From Candidatus Muiribacteriota bacterium (lineage in GTDB: Bacteria; Muiribacteriota; Muiribacteriia; Muiribacteriales; Muiribacteriaceae), in assembly GCA_051747805.1 (NCBI GenBank), contig JBNJGP010000072.1:1-13812 (forward strand): 13,812 bases of DNA, given 5' to 3'. Below the pieces are notes generated by a model, which worked only from the letters and a program-made list of their open reading frames with translations, had not been told where the DNA came from and did no database searches. The stretch's first letter is position 1. Each line of letters opens with the position of its first letter. A program made the translations under genes and the position numbers. Positions 7,584-13,812 of this stretch are shown in pieces.

Positions 7584-8615
7584 ATGCCATTTAGATTTTT
7601 TAGAAGGAAAAAAATTTTACCCGGTTTAACATTAAATTTAAGTAAATCTGGATTTTCTGTATCGGCCGGACCAAGAGGAGCTAAACATACAATAAGTACA
7701 AAAGGAAGTAGAACAACATTTGGTTTGCCCGGAACAGGGCTGCATTATACAAATTTTAAGGGACATAAAAATAAAAAATCCAGTGGAAACTATATATCTG
7801 AAAAAAAAGTTATAAAAAATTCTTCAAAATTAAATCCTGGATTTTTTTCAAAACTGTTTATTTCAAGCACTGAACAATATTTTATTGATGGGTGTAATGA
7901 ATTAATAAAAGAAAATGAAAAGCAGGCCCTGAAACTTTTTGAAAAATCTGGTGAATATACAGATTCAATATTTATGGCTGGCATTCTATCTTTTAAATTT
8001 AAAAAATATAAAAAAGCAGCAAAGTATCTTAATAGAGCTATTGAAAGAAAATCTGAGCTTACCCAGTATTTTAAAAAATATGATATAGTTCCTACTTTTT
8101 TCATTCCCATAACTGATGAAATTGATGTATGTATAGGTCCTGATGCGGCTGGAATCTATCTTACCCTGACTGAAATATATAAAGCATTAAAGTACTGGAA
8201 CAAAGCTTTCACCTGTATTAAGAAATTAGTAAATGATGACCCGGAAGATATTATTATAAAACTATCTTTTGTTGAGTTGATTTCAGATTATAAAAAAAAT
8301 AACAAAAAAGTATCACAAAAAGTTATTCAATTAACCAATAATATAAAAAATGAATCACCAGTTCATGCAATTGTGCTTTTATACAGGGCAAAAGCCTTTA
8401 AGAATTTAAAAATGTTTACAGCAGCCAGAGACTCTTTAACAAGTGCTTTAAGAAAGAAAAAAGGTTATTCTGATAAGGTGCTGGCAGCTTTAAGATATGA
8501 AAGAGGGCAGATTTATTCTGAATTAAACAGAAAAACTCAGGCTAGAAAAGATTTTGAAAAAGTATATGCATTTAATCAGAATTATAAAAATATAAAAAAA
8601 TATCTTGGAATTTAA
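7584..8615 (+). CDS. DUF4236 domain plus tetratricopeptide-repeat protein
   Basis: The N-terminus FRFFRRKKILPGLTLNLSKSGFSVSAGPRGAKHTISTKGSRTTFGLPGTGLHY matches the DUF4236 pattern. The C-terminal region has TPR-like helices (e.g. ALRYERGQIYSELNRKTQARKDFEKVY). SD-like AGGT at 7576-7579. Confidence 0.82.
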   Translation: MPFRFFRRKKILPGLTLNLSKSGFSVSAGPRGAKHTISTKGSRTTFGLPGTGLHYTNFKGHKNKKSSGNYISEKKVIKNSSKLNPGFFSKLFISSTEQYFIDGCNELIKENEKQALKLFEKSGEYTDSIFMAGILSFKFKKYKKAAKYLNRAIERKSELTQYFKKYDIVPTFFIPITDEIDVCIGPDAAGIYLTLTEIYKALKYWNKAFTCIKKLVNDDPEDIIIKLSFVELISDYKKNNKKVSQKVIQLTNNIKNESPVHAIVLLYRAKAFKNLKMFTAARDSLTSALRKKKGYSDKVLAALRYERGQIYSELNRKTQARKDFEKVYAFNQNYKNIKKYLGI

Positions 8616-8630
8616 AAAAGAAAACAATAA

Positions 8631-9257
8631 ATGTATAAAACAGTATTTGAAGACGATAAAATTCTGATAATCAACAAAAGTCATAATATTCCAGTAGTTA
8701 AAGATGGTAAAGATATTGGTCGGCCATATTTACTGAAGCTTCTTAGAGAAAAATACAATCGTAGAATTTATATGATACACAGGCTGGATGCTGGAACAGG
8801 CGGGTTAATGATATGGGCCAAAAAAAGAAAATATCAAAAAAAAATATCAAACCTGTTTGAAAATCACAGCGTTAATAAAGAATATCTGGCTATAGTTAAA
8901 GGAACAATTAACAAAGCTGTTTCTGTTTTTGCGCCAATATCTAAAAAAAATTATCATGGTAAATATAAAGTAGATTTTGAAAATGGAAGAAATGCACAAA
9001 CTACAATTTACCCTGAAAGAAATTATGACAAATATGCACTTGTAAAAGTAAAATTATTTACAGGGCGCTCTCATCAGATACGAGTTCATTTAAAACATAT
9101 AAAACATCCACTTCTTTTTGATTATCAATATAATTTATCTACAAAATGGAATGAAAAAAGACTTACATTAATGTGTTATAAACTGGGATTTAAATATCAG
9201 GGGAAATTCCGGGAATTTTCAATAGAACCAACCGACTATTTAAATAGATTTTTGTAA
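8631..9257 (+). CDS. RluA-family RNA pseudouridine synthase (no S4 domain)
   Basis: Catalytic motif HRLD-AGTGG, KEYLAIV and TGRSHQIRVHL. It starts 15 nt after the previous stop and is probably co-transcribed. Confidence 0.92.
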   Translation: MYKTVFEDDKILIINKSHNIPVVKDGKDIGRPYLLKLLREKYNRRIYMIHRLDAGTGGLMIWAKKRKYQKKISNLFENHSVNKEYLAIVKGTINKAVSVFAPISKKNYHGKYKVDFENGRNAQTTIYPERNYDKYALVKVKLFTGRSHQIRVHLKHIKHPLLFDYQYNLSTKWNEKRLTLMCYKLGFKYQGKFREFSIEPTDYLNRFL

Positions 9258-9269
9258 TACTCAAACCTC

Positions 9270-10109
9270 TTAATAAATTAAAAGGAAATCAGCATAATCA
9301 ACAGATTTCATATTTGCAGAAACATCTTCCTCTGCCACTGGAATCATCGTACAGTAAGCATGTTTAATTCTTTTATAGACTCTCTGGGGAATACCAAATT
9401 TATATTGAATATGACCCTTGCCAACAAGCACAATTACTTTCTGATTAAAATCCTGCCTGAGTTGCGCCCAAACAGAATGAGCCATAACATCTTCCCAGAC
9501 AACCTGCGCGTGATAAAAATTTTTAAACATTTCCGGGGAAAATCCCATTTTAGAACCCATATCAGAAAAAATGTTCTTAATAAATTCCCTGTGTTCAGGA
9601 AAATGGTTAATATGTAAAAAAGGAAGCTGAAGGCGCTGATTTACATTTAAAGAATCAAGCCCCCGTTTGGAAACAGAAGAAACAATATTTCTGTCCAGAT
9701 TAATACCAAAACCCGGAATATTATTTTCATTAAGAAAAAGGAAAATATCTCTATATAAATCAATATCAAAACCCCAGGTATTAAAATATCCGGATTTATT
9801 TAAAAAATCATCAAAAGAGAACTTATCATGCACAAAAAAATCAGTTAGAACATTATTGTACCGTCGATTAAAATATTCCATACCAACAGAAATATCAGAA
9901 TCAAAAAGAAGCTTTATAATCTCAAGCTGCGCCTTATGATGAGTTTTATTATCATGAGTTTCACCAATATAAATAACCTGAGAATTTTCTAAATAAAATG
10001 ATAAATCCTCTAAAGACAGTTCTTTCTGATTTAAATTATCAAAAACAGTAATTGAATAAAGGTGAAAATTAAAGAAAATAAATATAAAAATTAAAATAAG
10101 TTTTTTCAT
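9270..10109 (-). CDS. ChaN/PhuW-like (DUF399, haem-uptake-associated; EreA/ChaN fold) exported protein
   Basis: Signal peptide MKKLILIFIFIFFNFHLYS. Motifs VIYIGETHD...HHKAQL, VGMEYF, W-G-F....Y, AQVVWEDVMA and GKGHIQYKFGIP. Confidence 0.8.
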   Translation of the reverse strand: MKKLILIFIFIFFNFHLYSITVFDNLNQKELSLEDLSFYLENSQVIYIGETHDNKTHHKAQLEIIKLLFDSDISVGMEYFNRRYNNVLTDFFVHDKFSFDDFLNKSGYFNTWGFDIDLYRDIFLFLNENNIPGFGINLDRNIVSSVSKRGLDSLNVNQRLQLPFLHINHFPEHREFIKNIFSDMGSKMGFSPEMFKNFYHAQVVWEDVMAHSVWAQLRQDFNQKVIVLVGKGHIQYKFGIPQRVYKRIKHAYCTMIPVAEEDVSANMKSVDYADFLLIY

Positions 10110-10112
10110 AAT

Positions 10113-10141
10113 AAAAAAAAAGAGTCCTTTTATGTGGACTC
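10113..10141 (-). terminator. Terminator/attenuator-like hairpin in the ChaN 5' leader
   Basis: The minus strand reads GAGTCC-ACATAAAA-GGACTC-TTTTTTTTT-ATT-ATG: a 6-bp stem (10136-10141 / 10122-10127) followed by T9. Confidence 0.5.
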
Positions 10142-10166
10142 ATTTTAAATAAATAATATATATAAT

Positions 10167-10195
10167 ATTATATCAGAAAAACAACAATCTGCAAA
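10167..10195 (-). promoter_or_regulatory. Sigma70 promoter for the ChaN-like gene
   Basis: Minus strand TTGCAG (10194-10189), 16 bp, TATAAT (10172-10167), with extended TG (10175-10174). Confidence 0.6.
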
Positions 10196-10365
10196 GTTCG
10201 CAATATAGGCAATATACTTAATTTGAAGTAAAATAAGAAAAATATACATAAATAACTCAATATCCCAATTAAATTCAAGTATAATCGTCGGATATCTTTT
10301 AAATTCAAAAAAGTGTGTTTGGCAAAAGGTTTGACCCCTTTTTTACTTTTTTATTTTCTAGTAAA

Positions 10366-10394
10366 TTGCTATTTAAATAAATTATTGTTATAAT
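10366..10394 (+). promoter_or_regulatory. Sigma70 promoter for the hybrid histidine kinase
   Basis: TTGCTA (10366-10371), 17 bp, TATAAT (10389-10394), with extended TG (10386-10387). Confidence 0.65.
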
Positions 10395-10495
10395 AATTAA
10401 AATTAATTTTAGAAAAATCAACATGAAATGCACCTTTACAAGGTACTCAATTTTGTATATGGACAACTAAACGCCTAAAAGATTAGGGGATTTAT

Positions 10496-13400
10496 TTGAT
10501 TTGGAAAATTAAACATAAGCTTAAAGCGCTTAAAAAAATATTTAAAAATTCTTTGCGTTTAAAAATAATAATTTTTTGTTCATTCATGCTTTTTTTAACC
10601 GTACTTATATCAATAATTTTAATGAATACAATGGGTAAAACTATATTAAGAGATCAGATTTTTTTTGATTTAAGTGCTGTTGCCAAATCTAAAAGTGATC
10701 ATGTAGTTAGTATTATCAAACAAGATTTTGAGCGTGTTGCTCTAATAGCATCTAGAACCCAGTTGCGCAGAAATATAATTGCTTTTGACAATGCCTCAGA
10801 TAATCATTCTTTAGAAGAGATACGCGCAGGAATAATCAAAATATTAAAAGATGCCAAAAATTCAGTGTCAGCTTTAAAATATGTTGAAATAATTAATAAG
10901 GACGGTATTATAATAGCCGGTACAGATAGTATTCGTATTGGGCAAGAAGAAAAAAATCAAGAACTCTTTCAGCAAGGCCTTCAAAAAGATTATCAAGGCA
11001 GATTCAAAGAAAAAAACGGTCAATTTACGCATATAATTGCCTTACCTTTAATTCATCCCGATGACGGTAATGAAAATAAAATAGGAGTTGTAAAAGTAAA
11101 ATTATCTCTTGAACGTATAATAAAAATACTGACGGATCGAACTGGATTAAGAAAGACAGGTGAGCTAATAATGATTTCAAGTATTAATAATCAATATATT
11201 GCAATGAATCCATTGCGACACACATACGGTAAAGCACTTAAAGCAATAAATACCGGTTTAAAAAAGTCTATCAGAATGGCGACTAGCGGATATAGTGGTT
11301 TTTTGCAGGAAATTGATTATAGGGGAGTTTCTACCTTTACAGCCTTTTCGCCAGTTCCTTTGAAATCCAAGGAATGGGGACTGATAGTCAAACTTGACGC
11401 CGAAGAAGCGTTTGAACCAATGAGAACACTGCAAAGAATATTTGTTTCTATTACAGGAATTGTTTGGATATTGGCCAGTATAGCTATTTATATTAACATA
11501 AGTCGTGCAACTGCTCCTGTAAAAAAACTGTTTATAGGTACAAAAAAACTAGGTGAAGGTGATTTGAAACACCGTATTGATGTAACTTCTCAGGATGAGC
11601 TGGGAGTATTAACATCTTCTTTTAATAAAATGGCAGAAAAGCTTCTTATAATAACAGCTTCCCGTGATGAATTGGAGCATGAAGTAGCAGAAAGAATCAA
11701 TGTAGAAAAACAGTTAAAAAAGACTAAAGAACTAGCGGAAGCGGCCAATATAGCTAAAAGTGAATTTCTTGCTAAAATGAGTCACGAAATTCGTACACCA
11801 CTTAATGGTGTTATTGGGTTTACAGATCTTTTAAAAAGTACTCCATTATCACCTATTCAACAGCAATATGTTAATAACGCCAATGTTTCAGGTCATACTC
11901 TATTGGAAATTATTAACAATATTTTAGATTTTTCAAAAATTGAAGCTGATATGCTTCAGCTGGAAATGATAAAAATAGACATGATAGAATTACTTGAAAA
12001 TAGTGTTGATATAATTAAATTCAACGCTGCAGAAAAGAATCTGGAACTTCTTTTGCATATTGATCCTGATATGCCGCGTTCTGCAATAACCGATCCAATT
12101 CGTCTTAAACAGATTCTGGTAAATCTTCTGGGAAATGCGGTCAAGTTTACAGAAAAAGGAGAAGTAGAGTTAAAAGTAACATATCAAAAACTGGACAGTG
12201 AAAAGGGAAAACTTTGTTTTTCTGTTCGTGATACTGGTATTGGCATTAATGAAGAACAACAAGGAAAATTGTTTAAATCATTTACACAGGCTGATAATTC
12301 AACAACCCGAAAATTTGGTGGCACTGGTTTGGGGTTGGTTATTTCTGACCTGCTTGCTCAAAAAATGGGAAGCAAGATAAAAATTGAAAGCAAGTATGGC
12401 GAAGGAACTAAATTTTATTTTGATATTATTACAGATACAGAAGAAGGCGAAAAACTTAATAAAGGCTCAATCGAAAAAATCAAAAGATGCCTTATAATTG
12501 ACGACAATGCTAATAACCGCTTTATACTAGAGGAAATGCTTTCAAACTGGGATATTAACAATGAATCCTGTGGCGATGGATTGACTGCTATGAAACTGCT
12601 GGAAACCTCAGAACCATTTGATATTATTATTTGTGATTACAATATGCCTTATATAGATGGTTTAGAAACTATTCGCATGATACGTCAAAAACTTAAACTG
12701 ACCCCACAAAAGCAACCGATTATACTTTTGCACTCGTCAGCGGACGATGCTGAACTACATAAACAAAGCAAAGACCTGGGTGTTCGTTTTATGCTTACTA
12801 AACCAGTGAAGGCCAGAGAACTTTATTTATATTTATGCCAGGTTTATAAATCAGAACAAAAAGAATATATGGTAAAATTTACAGATGACGATAATAAAGA
12901 AATAAAAGATGAATTTTTTAAAGGTAGTAATGTAAAGATATTGATAGCCGAAGATGTTCCAATGAATATGGCTGTGATTAAGCGGTTCCTTAGAAAAATC
13001 TTACCCGATGCAGATTTGATTGAGGCAAATAATGGATTAAAAGTATTGAAATTAAACAAACAGATAAAGTTAGATCTTATTTTTATGGATGTACATATGC
13101 CAGAAATAGATGGTATAGAAGCTACTCGAGAGATTAGAGCATTAGAAAAAAATAGCGATAAACATATTCCAATAGTCGCTTTAACAGCCGGAGCATTCAA
13201 AGAAGATCAAAAACGCTGTTTAGATTCAGGTATGGATAATTTTATGACAAAACCTGTTAAACTGGATAAAATCAAAAATATTTTAGAAAAATATATTGTG
13301 GATAAAAAAAATAACCATGACAACAACCGATTTTCAAAAGAAACACTTCTTGACGGAGTTGATTCAGATGAAGATATAAAAGATTTAATTGCAATAGCAT

Positions 13401-13648
13401 TGGAAGAATTCCCAGAAAAAATGAATAAGCTCGGTGTTTTTATTAAAGAAGGTAACATCGAGGGTATTCAAAAATTAGAACATAATATCAAAGGCGCTGC
13501 ATTAAATATGGGATGGAACACGATAGCGCAAATAGCTATTGAAATGGGAAAAATGACAAATGATGATGAGAATCTTTCATTGCTTAAAGAAAAGTATAAA
13601 GAATTACAGGCAGAGTGGAAAATTGTTAAAGATTTAATGCAGAAATAA
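10496..13648 (+). CDS. Membrane hybrid (unorthodox) sensor histidine kinase: TM-Cache-like-TM-HAMP-HisKA-HATPase-REC-REC-HPt
   Basis: Two hydrophobic segments flank a periplasmic region. HAMP DELGVLTSSFNKM; H-box FLAKMSH430EIRTP; N/G1/F/G2 boxes NLLGNAVKFT, DTGIGI and GGTGLGL; REC aspartates ICD714YNMP and FMD865VHMP; HPt H996NIKG. TTG start with SD AGGGGA at 10485-10490. Confidence 0.93.
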   Translation: MIWKIKHKLKALKKIFKNSLRLKIIIFCSFMLFLTVLISIILMNTMGKTILRDQIFFDLSAVAKSKSDHVVSIIKQDFERVALIASRTQLRRNIIAFDNASDNHSLEEIRAGIIKILKDAKNSVSALKYVEIINKDGIIIAGTDSIRIGQEEKNQELFQQGLQKDYQGRFKEKNGQFTHIIALPLIHPDDGNENKIGVVKVKLSLERIIKILTDRTGLRKTGELIMISSINNQYIAMNPLRHTYGKALKAINTGLKKSIRMATSGYSGFLQEIDYRGVSTFTAFSPVPLKSKEWGLIVKLDAEEAFEPMRTLQRIFVSITGIVWILASIAIYINISRATAPVKKLFIGTKKLGEGDLKHRIDVTSQDELGVLTSSFNKMAEKLLIITASRDELEHEVAERINVEKQLKKTKELAEAANIAKSEFLAKMSHEIRTPLNGVIGFTDLLKSTPLSPIQQQYVNNANVSGHTLLEIINNILDFSKIEADMLQLEMIKIDMIELLENSVDIIKFNAAEKNLELLLHIDPDMPRSAITDPIRLKQILVNLLGNAVKFTEKGEVELKVTYQKLDSEKGKLCFSVRDTGIGINEEQQGKLFKSFTQADNSTTRKFGGTGLGLVISDLLAQKMGSKIKIESKYGEGTKFYFDIITDTEEGEKLNKGSIEKIKRCLIIDDNANNRFILEEMLSNWDINNESCGDGLTAMKLLETSEPFDIIICDYNMPYIDGLETIRMIRQKLKLTPQKQPIILLHSSADDAELHKQSKDLGVRFMLTKPVKARELYLYLCQVYKSEQKEYMVKFTDDDNKEIKDEFFKGSNVKILIAEDVPMNMAVIKRFLRKILPDADLIEANNGLKVLKLNKQIKLDLIFMDVHMPEIDGIEATREIRALEKNSDKHIPIVALTAGAFKEDQKRCLDSGMDNFMTKPVKLDKIKNILEKYIVDKKNNHDNNRFSKETLLDGVDSDEDIKDLIAIALEEFPEKMNKLGVFIKEGNIEGIQKLEHNIKGAALNMGWNTIAQIAIEMGKMTNDDENLSLLKEKYKELQAEWKIVKDLMQK

Positions 13649-13812
13649 AAGCAATATTCCAGCTCATAAAAACCCTGATAGATTTTAAAAACACATTATA
13701 TCTAACAGCCTTTGATAAAGAAAAATATTTCTTTGAAGAATTCAGCCAAATCCTTAATAGAATGGAAATCCCAGAACCAGAAAAAATAATAGAAGAACTC
13801 AAAAAAATAAAT
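13630..13812 (+). pseudogene. Start-less remnant resembling a KAP-family P-loop NTPase (post-Walker-B segment); runs off the window
   Basis: The frame is open from 13630 to the window end: RFNAEIKAIFQLIKTLIDFKNTLYLTAFDKEKYFFEEFSQILNRMEIPEPEKIIEELKKIN. EIKAIFQLIKTLIDFKNTLYLTAFDKE resembles the recalled KAP pattern EI..IF.LVK..ADF.N..YLLAFD.E. An in-frame TAA at 13627-13629 precedes it and Walker A is absent. Confidence 0.6.

Noticed and set aside
7790..9939. ORFs 7790-8110, 9360-9617 and 9667-9939
   Set aside because: They are antisense to the DUF4236-TPR and ChaN genes and have no recognisable features.
10050..10109. ChaN-like protein as a lipoprotein
   Set aside because: There is no Cys after the hydrophobic stretch, so it looks like a signal peptidase I-type signal.
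10160..10173. Perfect 14-bp palindrome ATATAATATTATAT as a Fur box upstream of the ChaN-like gene
   Set aside because: It is all A/T and does not fit the 7-1-7 TGATAATnATTATCA geometry. The -10 element in AT-rich DNA explains it.
10213..10283. Imperfect inverted repeat TATACTT-AATTT / AAATTCAAGTATA as a second MITE
   Set aside because: It is short, gapped and AT-rich, with no convincing target duplication or internal structure.
10323..10344. AAAAGG-TTTGACC-CCTTTT hairpin or REP-like GGGGTCAAA motif
   Set aside because: The stem is weak, it is single-copy in the window, and no RAYT transposase is nearby.
10169..10350. Minus-strand open frame encoding a hydrophobic peptide (LNLKDIRRLYLNLIGILSYLCIFFLF...)
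   Set aside because: It has no ATG and no suitably spaced SD. T-rich DNA gives hydrophobic translations by default, and it overlaps the ChaN promoter.
11956..13458. ORFs 11956-12144, 12198-12380, 12844-13200 and 13207-13458
   Set aside because: They are shadow ORFs within the histidine kinase gene.
1..13812. CRISPR array, tRNA/rRNA, DGR or intact transposase/integrase
   Set aside because: I saw no regularly spaced repeats, cloverleaf motifs, RT or DDE/tyrosine-recombinase ORFs, or TR/VR-like adenine-mismatched repeat pairs.

Overview
AT-rich bacterial DNA with eight main CDSs: a 5'-truncated carboxypeptidase-regulatory-like repeat protein, a KamA-family radical SAM/PLP aminomutase with its own terminator, a 1353-aa modular surface lipoprotein, an HI0933/YhiN-family flavoprotein (- strand), a DUF4236-TPR protein, an RluA-family pseudouridine synthase, a ChaN-like exported protein (- strand) and a hybrid sensor kinase (HAMP-HisKA-HATPase-REC-REC-HPt). 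Features the ORF track misses: (1) a 127-bp hairpin-forming MITE (7428-7554) with 14-bp terminal inverted repeats and a perfect 9-bp target-site duplication, in the probable 5' leader of the DUF4236-TPR gene; (2) a start-less KAP-family P-loop NTPase remnant overlapping the kinase stop codon; (3) a terminator-like hairpin plus T9 between a strong promoter and the ChaN start. The aminomutase lacks the lysine-specificity aspartates of KamA, so its substrate may be new, and it may initiate at a non-canonical ATC/ATT codon. No rRNA, tRNA, CRISPR array or transposase was seen. All family calls come from recognising motifs by eye, not from database searches.
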